From Tubulanus polymorphus (Eukaryota; Animalia; Nemertea), in contig NC_134028.1 in assembly GCF_964204645.1 (NCBI RefSeq), positions 18,731,653 through 18,795,652 on the forward strand: a stretch of 64,000 nt of DNA, in the 5' to 3' direction. Under the pieces are notes generated by a model. That model ran no database searches, was not told the origin of the DNA, and saw only the letters and a program-made list of their open reading frames with translations. Shown piece after piece: positions 1 to 12,775 of this stretch; position 1 is the stretch's first letter; every line of letters begins with the position of its first letter. Position numbers and translations under genes: made by a program.

Positions 1-996
1 CATGCATGTGACTCAAATTTGGCTTTCAACCAGTTAACATTTCATACGGGGTCTTTTTCAACCTTTGATTGTACCGGTAACATCTATTCCTAATATAGGC
101 CGAAGCCATCACTGCATGAGCCCATAAATGCTTTGATAAAAACTTTGAATCTATCAAGAGACACCTTGCCATCTCGAAAAGAGATCGCCACGCCCTTTCA
201 GCCGTACCGTTTTGGTGGGGTGAATGTGGGGCTGAACTTTCATGTTTAATTTTGTTTTTGACAAGTAATGCTTCAAAATCTTTGGAGATGAATTCTCCCC
301 ACCATCACTCCTCGACGATTTGACCACATTCACCCTACCGTACGAAGCTACATCGGCTAAAAACCTCTCAAAAGCATGATAGCTTTGCATTTTCGCGCTC
401 TCGTCTGGTTCACGTTTTCTAAATTGCGCCATTTTTCCAAGTACACACGGTTCACATTTAAAGTCATCTGTTGATCCATTTATTTTCATTCCATCAGCAA
501 CTTGCTCTAGTTTCAAGATGTCGGGCAAATTGCAGTGCCCCATGATCAAATGCCACGTTTCTAGGTCATGATTTCGCTCGTCAGCCGTAAGGACGTTATT
601 TATGAAATACAAGCGACCTTGTTTCATAATATCAAACATAGTACTATTCGGTGCTTTCAGATTTGCGCTATCTGAATCGAAACTAATTTTGGCGCCCTGT
701 TCAGTTGCAGCCTGAACACTAAATATATCCTGTTTAAAACTCCACACATATAACGCATTTCGTAAGGTTACGTCCTGAACCTGCCCTTTTCGGTCGCAAA
801 GTTTTATTTTGGCTTGGTCTCGTTTCAGCGCTAGATTTTTCGATCTACTCCCATCCGCAAGTTCAATGAAATGTGAATTCGGGTTGAAACTGTCATCGAA
901 TGAAGTGAACTTCGAATGATCTTTTATGATGTGGGTGGTTGCTCCACAATCAACCAGCAATGTGTTATTTTTAGTCATGGTCATGATAAGTGTCAT
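1..996 (-). mobile_element. Ty1/Copia LTR retrotransposon pol fragment (protease, GAG-pre-integrase, integrase core), degenerate, runs off window start
   Basis: ORF 154..996: protease motif LLVDCGATTHII, WHLIMGH...CEPCVLGK zinc-binding segment and RSDGGE. After a frameshift it reads PHQNGTAERAWRSLFEMARCLL...YIRNR...TPYE...KPNL, in Copia PR-IN order. Confidence 0.9.
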
Positions 997-1794
997 GTTA
1001 AGTTTACACGGTTAACACTAGGTGCCGTATATATGCAAATTTTGAATGCTCATTGTTGGTGAGAATATAATAATTTCACATATCGCCAGGTATTGTTTCA
1101 TTTTAATACCCGGTGATAGTGTTGATTGAGATTGAAGTTCACTACACAAGGCCTCCACGTGCTAAACACAGGAGTGCTAAACACACACATACACACGCTC
1201 ATACAGACTACTATATGGTGATGCTGTAACGCTGCTTGGCGCGTGCACGTTTGGTATGATGACAGGCTGAATAATCGTCGTAGCAGAAGATGAGCGCTGT
1301 GTTTTCTGTTGAATAGAATTTGTAAGAAATTGTAATTTCTTGTGACCTGAAAATACTAAGCAGCAAACTGTATAGGTCTGAATATTGTAGTGGTAAATTC
1401 CAGGATTTAAAGCGATCTAATACTACGCCTCGGTGTTTTAGCTTCCGCGGCCATACATTGGAAGAGGTTTCGTTTCCAAGACTCAGTATTCACGTACCCT
1501 CTGATATGTGATATCATATGAATTTTATTTGAATATTTTTTCATACTGTAAAAAAAAATTTTTTGGAAAATATAAAATAGTTTCCTTGCCGCGCCCTTCG
1601 AAATTTTGGACGTAGACCATAAACAAATGTTTATCTTTGGTCTTATTTGACTACAAAATAATTCTTTAAGAAAGATGAAATACAATAGAAACTTCTAGAA
1701 CTTTGAAGTCACGAATTAAAAAGATTTTTCAAGCAATGCCCTTACTCCAAACAACCTCTAGCTTTCAAGGTAAACCACACTTTGCCCATGGGCA

Positions 1795-2215
1795 ATTTAT
1801 TCAGAGGAAAATTTTTAGTTGCACTACAGAAAATACCATTGAAAATTATGCAAAGTCCAGCAAAAATAGCTTTTTCTCAAATCGAATAGATGACCTTGAT
1901 AAGTTAACCATCTGCTCGGACTTCAAATTCAATCAAAATTTATTCTGCAAATAAACATGTCCCATTCAATTTTGTTTCATTGAACAAATATCAGAGTATC
2001 CAATTCCAATCAATTCTATTCCGCATTCAAATCAATAAGACCAAGGGAAAAGATTGATGTGAGGTATTTGTTCCTGCCCGTCTGTGCTACTTAGGATTGT
2101 GTAAATTATAGGCATGGACTCTGAGCGGGGAGTGTATTATGACAAATATAACTCACAAAATGCATCATTTGCCAGTCTATGAAAAGCTGACAGGCTGGTC
2201 ATAGTGTCTATTGTC
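1795..2215 (+). repeat. Interspersed repeat copy; a related copy lies at ~19955-20456
   Basis: Shared blocks TTGCACTACAGAAAATA...AAAATAGCTTTTTCTCAAATCG, TTCAAATCAATAAGACCAAGGGAAAAGATT and CAGGCTGG(T/C)CATAGTG occur at both loci. The second copy ends in a short hairpin plus CTTGTT like Helentron-type elements. Confidence 0.75.
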
Positions 2216-2787
2216 ATCATTCTTGAGATTGATGTAGATCCTTTGAGAAAATGATGTTAGGGTCTCGGAGAGAAGTTGAGAGTTTAGAACAGTGAACTTG
2301 GCATAACATGGGCATTGAGCAGCAGTGAATTGGGGTCAGCAGTAGCAAATGAACCCCGATAGAGCTGTTTTGATTATGTTTGAATGGATAAAGCAAGGAT
2401 ATATTGGCATAAAAATATTTTCTTTGGGAGTAAACCCTTGAAATTGCATCTTGAATTTGGTTGGCCTTGAGGCTATTAACTAGATGCAATGATGCGAGAG
2501 TTAAGATAGATTATCTGTTTCAGACTTGAACCAACAAATTCAGAAAATGATTTGATTATTTTCCCAGTATGTCAAAAGTCTTCAAGTTGGTCATGTTCAA
2601 GTTAGGCCAGGTTGACTTTAGTTCCCCTCCATATAAGATTACAAGATAATTCTGGACAGAATTAGAACATTCATTGACATTGCAGCAGATTGACTAAACA
2701 ATTTACATTCACTGAATTAGTTTCTTCTTTGAGATTGATATGCATAGTTCAATAATAATGCCGTTGATTACGTGGAATATATTTTAG

Positions 2788-2852
2788 GATAAATATGGAT
2801 TGACACCTACAGCTTCGAGGAAAAGAGGACTCATATCTATGGCCTCATTGAG
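2788..2852 (+). CDS. DCTN4: Dynactin subunit 4 (p62), internal exon
   Basis: AG/GT-bounded; encodes DKYGLTPTASRKRGLISMASL(S), matching DCTN4 DKYGL...LS. Phase is compatible with the next exon. Confidence 0.85.
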
Positions 2853-3047
2853 GTAAGATATCTTCCGACATTTCTAGCCTTTGTACAAAACTTGACCTTC
2901 AAATCCTAATATAAGATAATTTATTCGCTCAAACACGAATAAATTTTGAACAAATTGGTCGAAAAGTAGCAAAATGAATGTCACAAACTTTTCACTGACA
3001 GCCTCCATTATACCCATAGTGGTTATGTGAAAAATCATCTTTGATAT

Positions 3048-4404
3048 GTATTTCCTTCAGGATACATTACGTGGGGCACATTAGAAGTTACCTTAGCTTG
3101 GGAACTATACCGTTAAACATTTTTTGGAATACCCAGTACCGTACGGTGGCGCCACCATGTGACTCAATTTCTTCCTTAGTGCCACCATTTTTGGTGCGTT
3201 TTTCTAAGGGAGCTGCCGCTTAGACGTTATTCTGAGTTCGTGTTCAAGCCGACTTGTAGTTTGGTTGGTCCAGGACCAAGCTAGCACCTCCTGTTCTTTG
3301 GTGACTTATTTCCAATTAGTCTTACCATTCAGATACGTCAATAAATTCGATCGGATTTTCTCACGGCCGCGGCATTAGTCTCCGGCCACGTGTTTCCTTT
3401 CCTTTCGTTCAACGGGACTTCTATATTAGCGAGTAGTCCGAGTCCATCTGACAAACCACATATAATAGGGTTTGATTAAGTAAATATTAATTAAGGAATC
3501 ATTAATTAAAATTTTTCTAATAATTTAAGATTAATTTTTCGCGAAATCAATAATTAATTATTTCTGATTATTAATTTAATATAAGATTAATTTTTTTTCG
3601 CGAGTCGTTTATTGTTGCTTTTGTTTCAGCGATCAATAAATATGTCGGATTCTAGAGATAAGAAAGCCCGTTCTCTGGTTTATGAATCGTCTGGTACCTC
3701 CTCTCCTACTAGCGCGGTTAAACCTCCAGTAGGGGTGCAGACCGGCGTTCCCTCGCTGAAGCCCTTGATCGAAAGTTCGGTGCGACAATCCCGCAGCAAG
3801 AGGGCTAAGAAAGTCGTGGAGGAGTCGGGATTAGGCCAACCCCCCCCCCGTCACTCCAGTTGGGACAGTGGTACAACGTGCCATTAAACCTCGGCTCGAA
3901 CCAGTTCTCGATTCTGCTCCGATTTCGTCCGTAGGAATTCAGCGGGTCCCGTCCCAGTTGGAACCTTCCACTGGGTCCTGGTCTGGCCTAAACGAGGCGG
4001 CACCGGATAAAACCGTCCTTGCTTCGGCCCCGGCTACCGGTTCTCATCCGGGCCCGGGCCTATTAAAATCCTTGAATCGTCCGGAATAGGGATTTCAGAT
4101 AGACCCGAATCAGGCCTCGTTTCGAGTCCCTTGGCTGAAATATCATAATTTTCCGGAGTAAAATTTGTATTTCTGAGGTATATTTACATGGGGCACAGGA
4201 GTTTCCCGCCCTTCCCCGCTCGGCTCATACACTTAGTTTCGGAAGAAATTGAGTCACGTGGCTCGTGGCGGCGCCACCGTATGGTACCGGGTATTCCAAA
4301 AAATGTTTAGCGGTATAGTTCCCAAGCTTAGGTAACTTCTAATATGTGCCCCACGTAAGTATCCCTCAGAAATACAAATTTTACTCCGGAAAATTATGAT
4401 ATTT
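3048..4404 (+). mobile_element. Non-autonomous (internally deleted) DIRS1-type tyrosine-recombinase retroelement
   Basis: Left ITR ~3048-3175 is the reverse complement of right ITR ~4241-4375. The right ITR has a 3' extension to ~4404. The internal complementary region 4138-4197 is the reverse complement of that extension followed by sequence resembling the start of the left ITR. A short low-complexity gag-like start MSDSRDKK is at 3642. Confidence 0.8.
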
Positions 4405-4752
4405 GTCTGCGAACAAAAGATTTGTGTCTTGAGCATGGCACAAAAATTGTATTTCACTCAAAATGTACCATTACTTGAACTCTTCCCGAATAGGCAGGGT
4501 GGGTATAATGAAATAATCATAACAAGGCAAAACACCATATTTGCACCTCAACATCTCAAGTTCATGGCCCATTTAGTGTCTCATTTAGCAGCTATCCCTA
4601 ATTTGAAATGGGCTTAGATACTATTATATTGGACCTTTCGTATAGAGTCCTCAATACAGTGTATCTGCTCTGATTTTGTAATTATAGAAAATACAGATTA
4701 AGGGTGTGCTTCAATTTTTTTATTTTTTTTCATGAAAATAACATCTGTTTAG

Positions 4753-4865
4753 TTTAAAGGAAAGTGAAGATATTAAGATACAGGCTATTGAGGTCAGCTA
4801 TTCTTCGACTGATGTCATGCCATTGGATGAAAGTGTGTATACTCAACCTCTGATACTTGAAAATG
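4753..4865 (+). CDS. DCTN4: Dynactin subunit 4, internal exon
   Basis: AG/GT-bounded; LKESEDIKIQAIEVSYSSTDVMPLDESVYTQPLILEN aligns to DCTN4 LKEGED...VEPLPEDYYTRP. Phases fit both neighbours. Confidence 0.88.
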
Positions 4866-5363
4866 GTATGTTATTGTTACATGACGTATTGCAAAGTTCT
4901 ACTCTTGAGCCTGTTCTCTTAGACCACTTGCGACTTTAACCACAAAGGGATATAGCATTCATCTGCTGTTTGTTTGACAATTGTTTTGATAATTGCAAAC
5001 CCTTCAAACTTCTGGTTTATCTAAACGCATTAAAGACGCATGCTTATTTTGCATTCTGATTTTCAGTCAAAAAGTTCCAATTTTTAGAAACGAGAACTGT
5101 CCGTCCACAGCAAGTCTGAAAATTACTTGCTGTGGATGCGATTATTGCATTCTACATGGGTTAAATGATAAATCTTTTCTCGATAAGGAAATACACTTGA
5201 CTAAAGTAATTTATAGCAATGTCATTGCTATGACACCCGGATGGTCATTATGACCATCCGGCACTAGAGACTTGTTTTCTTTGTAGTTTTAGGTCATATA
5301 CAACATTCTCCAGATTGAGTTGGTATATAGATTTCTACTAAGCACTTTTCCTTTTGTTTATAG

Positions 5364-5473
5364 TGACAACAATTTCACAACGATTGGCATCTCCAGAATT
5401 TCAGCCAGAAACAACTTCAAATTTGTATCCAATTCACAAACATCTACTCATAAAACGATCTTTGAGGTGCCGG
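5364..5473 (+). CDS. DCTN4: Dynactin subunit 4, internal exon
   Basis: [37 protein letters not shown] versus DCTN4 VTTLQQRL..PDFQP...[17 protein letters not shown]; AG/GT-bounded. Confidence 0.95.
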
Positions 5474-5554
5474 GTATGTAGTATGGTACCTTGTCCATTT
5501 TGCAATTAGATTTTTCTTGTTTCTTGTTGATTTGCATGTAAATTTTACTTTCAG

Positions 5555-5628
5555 GAATGTGAACATAATTTGAGTAAACCTGAATACAGTCCTGTATCTA
5601 TTAAGTTCAAAATTCAATTGATTGCACT
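5555..5628 (+). CDS. DCTN4: Dynactin subunit 4, internal exon
   Basis: [24 protein letters not shown](L) versus DCTN4 [24 protein letters not shown]; CAG/GTAAGT sites. Confidence 0.95.
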
Positions 5629-6283
5629 GTAAGTAAAGTTCCTTGATCTTTCATATATTATACTTGCGTAGCCCATGGGCCCATCAGCATAAGAAAAATA
5701 TCGTACACAAGATGACCATCCTGTGACATTTTTGGGCCCAAAAAGGTCATCCTTGGCCTGATTGAAACATTCTGAAACTTGGTACAAGTGATGACTTCAC
5801 TGAGATGCAAAAGTTAAAGAACTGGTTTTTGATTTACGCATGAATTATGCCAAGTGCTTGAGAAATTTGAAAAATGGCATTTTTATCATTTTTTGGAACA
5901 GATTCTTAATTTCCCAGAATTGATTGACACAGTGTGAAGCAAAGTTGTACAGTTGTATTGTGCTAATAAGGCGTCTTCAGTTTCAATGTCACAGTTATCT
6001 ATATGGCAACGAGAAGGCGCTTTTTATTGCAAATTACGTATTTTAGCCTACAGCAGCCAAACAAAACACATTTGAGGATGGCTTTGAATTGAAAAGTTTT
6101 TCAGAATTACATGTTAGAGCTACATGTCAAATCTCATGACCATTCAATTTTGGAATGGTCACTAGGTGCATTTATATATGATATATACATGTATTTTCTT
6201 TCCATTTTGGCTAAATTGTAGGTTAACCTTTTGTTAGTGATAGTAGAGTTGGAAGTTAGCCAATTATGTAAAATCGCAGTACG

Positions 6284-7681
6284 TTTTTAGCGCACTTGGG
6301 ACTTAAGTCCCAGCGGGCTATTGTGTTCACTTCTCGTTGTGTCGGCAACATCGCCTTATACTCTTGCGATCATCACCTCCTGTGTATTTATCAGTAAAAA
6401 CATTTGCCAAGGTGTAGGTCGTGCGTGCCGCGTACAACGACGATGCTTGAGTGACATTGTTTTTTAGCTTAGCCCACTTAGCCCACTTAGCCTATGCCTG
6501 CCATTAGTGACATTGACATCCTAGAGGCCGCAATTGTTGACCGATTCATTCCAAACTTGGTTCACAAGTAGGTTGTCACTTGGGCCAAAACCCTATTTAA
6601 GATTGGGTCGATTCCATTCAAATTATGGCCACCAGGGGGCTGACCTGAAAAATGACGTTAACAGCCCAGAGGCCGCAATTGTTGACCAATTTATTTCAAA
6701 CTTGGTTCACAAGTAGGGTATCACTTGGGCCAAAACCCTATTTAAGATTAGGTCGATTGGGATGCAAGATTGGGATGAAATACTGTCGAATCCTGGGGTA
6801 CAGTGATGTTGAACCTGGTTAATAAGCTGTCGATTCCTAGATGAAAATTAACTGTCAATTGACTGTGGAGGGGTACAGAGTTGCAATCGATGGCTGAATT
6901 AATGCCATGATACGCCCTCAACAGGTTGAAGCTCTAAACTGTTCAATTAAGTAATTAGTGTTGCTGTATGACCAGTGCTTCACATCTTAGCTGGGGACTT
7001 AGATATGTTAGTATCGAAATTGCCTTGTTTTCGAATAATCTATTGTCGAGATCTGACCGTGGCAGTTTCCGTGCCCTAGCAGCTAAACCCTTCGACGGAT
7101 TTTTTTCAAATTCAACAGTTGTGTTGTTACTGTATGAGGTTAGTTACTGATTACATTTTGGGTCCTGTATGTCCAAGGTCAAGGTCGCAGGTAACCATTT
7201 AGTGAATTTCATTTCCGGGCTCTAACTCATAAGCGGTTTAAGATAACTTACTGAAATTCTATGGATGGGTTATCCTAGGGGCGGTGGGTAACTGATTAAA
7301 TTTCAGGTCGTGTTGGTCAAAGGTCAAGGTTACTAGAAGCTGTTATGTATTTTTCATTTCCGGGCTCTATCTCATAGATGGTTTAAGATAATTTGGTGAC
7401 AATTTTTGGACGTGACTAAAGACCGTAAGTAACTGATTACATTTCGGGTCCTTTAGGTCAAAGGTCAAGGTCACCAGGAGCTGTTTTGTATTTTTCATTT
7501 CCGGGCTCTTAATTCATAAACGGTATAAGATAACTTTTTGAAATTTAATGGATGGGTTACCCTAGAGACCATGAGTGACTGATTAGATTTTGAGTGCTCA
7601 GAAATACACTCGGGGTGTATTTTACACTCAGGCGTTTCACCTAATGTGGGGGCATCAGTCGTCTTCAGCGACATTCTAGTT
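6284..7681 (+). mobile_element. Composite of Helentron/HINE-type non-autonomous elements with internal tandem repeats
   Basis: The 5' end TTTTTAGCGCACTTGGGACTTAAGTCCCAG resembles the family at 12776. A ~145-bp tandem pair spans 6520-6760. ~130-bp units contain GGTCAAAGGTCAAGGTCA. The 3' end is a short hairpin followed by CTAGTT at 7676-7681. Confidence 0.65.
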
Positions 7682-7698
7682 ATACGTGCTTTTTTCAG

Positions 7699-7753
7699 GT
7701 ACTTTGTTCCTGACATCAAGATCATGACAATGCCTCATTTTCAATTTCAAAAG
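7699..7753 (+). CDS. DCTN4: Dynactin subunit 4, internal exon
   Basis: YFVPDIKIMTMPHFQFQK versus DCTN4 NYIPEVRIMSIPNLRYMK; TTTTTCAG/GTAAG sites; phase fits. Confidence 0.9.
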
Positions 7754-7871
7754 GTAAGACACAAATCACTTAACCCTTTCAGTACAGGCCATATACCCAC
7801 CCACTTTACTGACCCAGAAATACTTATTTTGGGAGATTTTACTGAAACCTCCGCTTAAAAGATACTGTAAG

Positions 7872-8869
7872 CAGAGATGCTAGTTTTCCGGAAATATCCG
7901 GAATTCTGGAAATTTAGGATCGCCGATGTCAATTCCGGAAATTTGGTGAGAATTCCTCGCGGCGACCAGTAATGGCACGGACCGTAAAAGCGTTTGTTTG
8001 CTTGTACTCGTCGTCGCTTCTGTGTTATTTTATCTTGGTCTCTGTTTCCGAGGACGTTCTGCTACAATGTATATATGTGTGCTTGTTGTGGTATCTGTGC
8101 GTGCGTAGGCGGAGCGCCACTGTTGTGACGCCATTTCCAATTAAAAGTCAATTATCTTAACGCGCCGTTGTACATCGTCCCGCTGACGGCCAACAATGTG
8201 AAGATGCACGTGGTAATAATTAAGATGATATTTAATAAATATCATCTTAATTATTACCACGCGCGTGCTATGTCCTGAGGCACGCAGCTTTGTAACTTTC
8301 TTTTTGCGGGATGGTCTGCAAAACGGAAGATGATATTTAAGATGATATTTAATAAATATCATCTTAATTATTACCACGCGCGTGCTATGTCCTGAGGCAC
8401 GCAGCTTTGTAACTTTCTTTTTGCGGGATGGTCTGCAAAGGGATTGAGCACGCACGGAAAGATTGTCAGTCGGGAGTCGGCCGATATAAAGGCAATTGAC
8501 AGCGGTATAAAAAATAAATTTAAGTGGCACTGGCTAGAATGTAAGGACAGTAATGGGGACTACTTATCGAACTACATTCGTAAGATAGACGTAGCTGGCG
8601 TGGCGTACTGCGTCGTTTGTAAAGACCAGGTCAAATACGGTAGTGGCGGGAAAAAAGATATTCTTCGTCACCCGGATAGCGCGTGGCATAAGAAGGCAGC
8701 GAGGCATGTGAAGCACAACGAATGCCTGCCGTCGTATTTTCAGATGAAAGATGCCGATCGTGATACTGCATCTCCGGCGATGCAAAAACGCAAAATTTTT
8801 TCTGGGGGAGGACCCCCACACCCCCGTTCTAAATTCCGGAATTTTGGTACTTTGGCCCTAGCATCTCTG
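7872..8869 (+). mobile_element. Non-autonomous hAT-like DNA transposon, copy A
   Basis: 12-bp TIR CAGAGATGCTAG...CTAGCATCTCTG flanked by direct repeat TGTAAG. A transposase N-terminal remnant with a BED-like finger (KFKWHWLE...AYCVVCK...DILRH...WH) is in ORF 8444..8923. Internal ~120-bp tandem duplication at ~8220-8440. Confidence 0.85.
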
Positions 8870-9216
8870 TGTAAGTGTTGTGATGTACCTGCCGTAGGGC
8901 ACCAAAGCAGGCAAACGTTTTGAAAAATTATATACTTATGCCCGTCACGTGACCTAATAAACATAATTTAGGTTTTTCAGAAAAAACTATAAAACATATT
9001 TGGATATCTACCAGTTGCTATACATAGCCTGATATTCTTTTCTGCAGTCTGTTCTGATGATTATCTGAGTATTTGATGGTAGAATTCCCATACATAAAAA
9101 AATCATCTGTGTTTTAGTATAGCGAGGCAGTCAGCGCAAATACAGAAAAAATATTAGTTAATATTGATCCACTAAATATATTTCGAAACGACTGTTAGTA
9201 TATAGTAGCTGAAATA

Positions 9217-9366
9217 CTTCGAATTTGAACTTATTATCTTGAATTTCAACTTATTATCTCGAATTTGGACTTAATGTCAAATTTCAACTTATTAAGTCGA
9301 ATTTCTAGTTATGTCGAAATTCGACTTATGAAGTCGAAATTTGAGTTATTAAGTCGAATTTCGACA
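9217..9366. repeat. Degenerate ~21-bp minisatellite (TCGAAATTCGACTTATTAAG-like)
   Basis: About seven imperfect tandem units containing TCGAA(T/A)TT...ACTTAT. Confidence 0.6.
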
Positions 9367-9430
9367 AATCGATTTCTGTGCTCAAACGTAAATTTTACTC
9401 AGTTGATCCTACTGGACCCCTGGGTCCTTA

Positions 9431-10043
9431 AGGCCACACAAAGAAATACCCTATACTAGTTTCTCATCAGATTTTTTTCTGAAAAGTGACGAGGGCAGGC
9501 GAATTTTATTTTTATCGCTTTTTTTTTTTAATAAAAAAGTTGAAATAAAAAGCTTAACTTGAGACTGATAGAACAGACGCGAGAGGGAAGTTTTTTTTAC
9601 CAATGCCAAACAAATACCAGTAATGCAAGTAAAACATATGCAAAAACTTTATTTAGAATTAAGTACATTGTAGCTCCCCAAAACCTATAAAATCAAACTA
9701 TATCGACTCATTTAATCGAAACTGAGACGATCATATTCGCTATTTTTACGCTTCCTCGAAATGAAGTAAAAGGAAACGAACTTGGCGCTGTTTTTGTCAC
9801 CGTAAATGTGGATATTACAAGTAAATCGAGGATGAGCATATGAACGCCCGCAGAAAAAAAGCCACTGTCTTACACTATACAGCTATGTGGGCGAGCGGGG
9901 TTTAGTTTTTATTTGAAAAAAGACGATCGATACTTTGCTGATGCAGGCGAGCACATGTCTTTTTAATTTTCATAAGCGGCTTTTTCATGATGCGGGCCGA
10001 ATTTGACTTTCTTCAGAAACTAGAGTATTTCTTTGCGTGGCCT
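9431..10043. mobile_element. MITE (PIF/Harbinger- or Kolobok-like)
   Basis: TIR AGGCCACACAAAGAAATAC...CTAGTTTCT matches AGAAACTAGAGTATTTCTTTGCGTGGCCT; TA/TTA(A)-type flanks. Confidence 0.75.
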
Positions 10044-10799
10044 TATCAGATGTTTGAAGGAATTATGAATTTTTAAGCTGAAACATATTTCTTTTATATC
10101 TTGATACAACTGTTCTTGCCTTAGACCCGGATCCGTGCCACGTAGAATGATGCTTTATTCCAAAAAGCCCCTAGCACAGATGATTTTGGAAGAAGTATAT
10201 CAGTATAGTAAGATCTTGAAAGCTCTTGTTAGGGCTCTATATATTGTTGAAGAAAAAGGGAACACTAACTATCAAATGTGAATCTTTTAAAAGATCGCCC
10301 ATTAACAAATGTTTCTTCAAGTACCGTATCATTCATTGTGAACCATTTTCTCCTGCTCATCTGTTACACAGTAGAAGGGTAACTACCCTCAAGGCTGTCA
10401 CTTGGGTGCACTTTCAGTGGCACATAAAGCAACGGGTACAACTTTTTAACATTTCTAGCCTGATTTTCCTGGAAACAGTGCTTATTTTGGTTTGAAATGA
10501 GTGCTTATAAATGCTTATTTTAAGACTATAGCCTTAGAACTATGAACCCTGCCTTATTATATTGGTGCCAAGGCATATTATGTTACCACAGTCAGTTGCA
10601 AAATTGTAGCTTATGACGTGTTGTATGATTGTGGTGAGTTTCAAGGTCATTGGTCAGTGTATGTTTACCGGAGGGCGTTGAATATTGAAATTGTCAGATT
10701 GTTGAGCATGTCAAAGCACTTCCCAAGACAGGTGGGCATATATTTTCTTGCTTTAAAAGCATTCAATGTAATGCAGATAACCTATTTTCATGTTTTTAG

Positions 10800-10898
10800 G
10801 AAAGTCGTGTCGTATTGACGATGGTGAATCCATCTGATTATATGGGTAAAGTAACGTTCAGACCATTAGATCAACCTGATTGGTCTGAGACAGCACTG
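10800..10898 (+). CDS. DCTN4: Dynactin subunit 4, internal exon
   Basis: ESRVVLTMVNPSDYMGKVTFRPLDQPDWSETAL versus DCTN4 ESQVLLTLTNP...NSTAK; AG/GTAAGT; 33 codons, phase 0-0. Confidence 0.88.
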
Positions 10899-11388
10899 GT
10901 AAGTTTTACTTAATATCATACTTACAGTATGCAAATATGTGTATACCCACTAACTGTAGGGGGGTATTTATGTTCGTTGACTATTCACTTTGGTGGATTG
11001 GACAGTGGATGTGTAACCGGCTGGTTGTTGTATCGGCAGGCTGGCTGGGGAACTAGCATTTACACCAGCGGTACAGGATTCCATCCATCAGGAACAACAA
11101 GGCAGTTAAACCTTATATGTACAATCTTTATTGCATCCCGGAATGAGAATGATTATCATAGCTTTATATAGTCTTTATATACAGAATCATGAGTATAATG
11201 TGAGAACTAGGTGTCAGACAAGTTGTAGACATCAGGACTCACAAACAAACACCTAGTGACATGTTTGAGAGACATTAATTAATTATCGATGAGCACTGAC
11301 TATAGCTAATTATTGTGAAAACATGTTGAGTAATGTCACATGTTGATTAAGACCTTAAAGCACATATTGACACTATAGTCATAAGTTG

Positions 11389-11393
11389 TATTA

Positions 11394-11454
<61 letters not shown>

Positions 11455-11457
11455 AAT
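11389..11457. repeat. (TTA)n microsatellite
   Basis: About 20 consecutive TTA units. Confidence 0.95.
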
Positions 11458-12775
11458 ATGTAGTAGAGCTATGAAATGTTATGAACTGTTCGATATGACA
11501 TTGTAGATCTATATGATTATGAAATATGCAAATTATATCAGGGTGACAGATGTGTTGATACCATCTAAATGGTACATTCTGGTTACAGTTTTTTTAGAAA
11601 GATTCATACCTCATCATCAAAAAAATGATAAGGAATATAGCTCTAAAGCAGCGATAATTAGTTTCCTGCATAGCTGATTAATGAATACCTCATTCTGCGG
11701 AGATCACGTGGGCTCTTTGAGCTAATCACTGCCTTCAACGGGGTAGGCCGCGGCCTGCGTGATCGCGCTTGTGATGTCATTGTGAGAAAGCTGCGCATTG
11801 ATTGGTTGTTGAGCGAATACCAGGGAATGCCCTCAGCAGCTGGGGTATTCCCAAAACAACCAGTTTAGCTGAACAAGGGATATACGCCACTTTTGACGTC
11901 TTGGGTAAGTGAAGTTCATGTTTTTTGCTGAATATGGTAGAATCTAATGTAGTGTAAGAATCCAGCTAAGTATGGCAATCCTTGGCCGGCTTAATAGATG
12001 TCCTAACTTGACAAGCCCTGACAGTATATTGAATACTTTTTATTTGTGTTTTGATTAGGCAGAAACTAAATTGGTACATTTCTATTGTTTCAGATTTGTC
12101 AAATGGATGTTGAATGATACGTACAATCCCTATCTACACTAGACAGTGGTTTCTATTTGTCTATACTATAGCAAACACCGCTTTCCTCGGAATAGCTTCA
12201 AAATCGATACTCCACCGGAGTAAAGGCATTTCCTATCTGAAATAACCTAGTGGTGCCAGCACGTGCAGTAGTGATAGATCCGACATTGAATTTCTCTCAG
12301 ACCGCACATTTAAAAAAGAAGTTGAAGTTAATACAATTCAGGTCTCAATGGACTCACTGCTCGTCAACAACTTGCTGGCAATCAAACTGTTGTGCGTTTT
12401 CAAAAATATCAAGAAGCACGTCGATTTTGATCTAATCACATATGTTTCATTCAGCTACCTATCTTCACTTCAAATCCAGAAAATAACGAGCATGGTTCAA
12501 TGTTTATTTTGGTGTGACCATAGAATTTGTTGTACAAGTTAGTTAAAATATCCAAGCTTATTCATACTTAGCTAGTGATAACGACTAACCTTTAAGTCCT
12601 AATAGCAAAGACAGTCTTATTGATTTTTTTTACTTTTAAACAGGTCCTTAAGTAAAATTGCTGAAATATTTTATATCGTTAGATTGTTAAATGTGTTTGT
12701 TATGACAAATAATGTGTTATAATCAGGACTTTATGTAATGTTTATTTTTCATTGAGAGATTTTATATTGCAATAT

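Noticed and set aside
2217-2720. ORF 2217..2489 as a gene or extra DCTN4 exon
   Set aside because: Antisense to DCTN4 with no similarity to it; at most a very decayed LINE 3' fragment, too weak to call.
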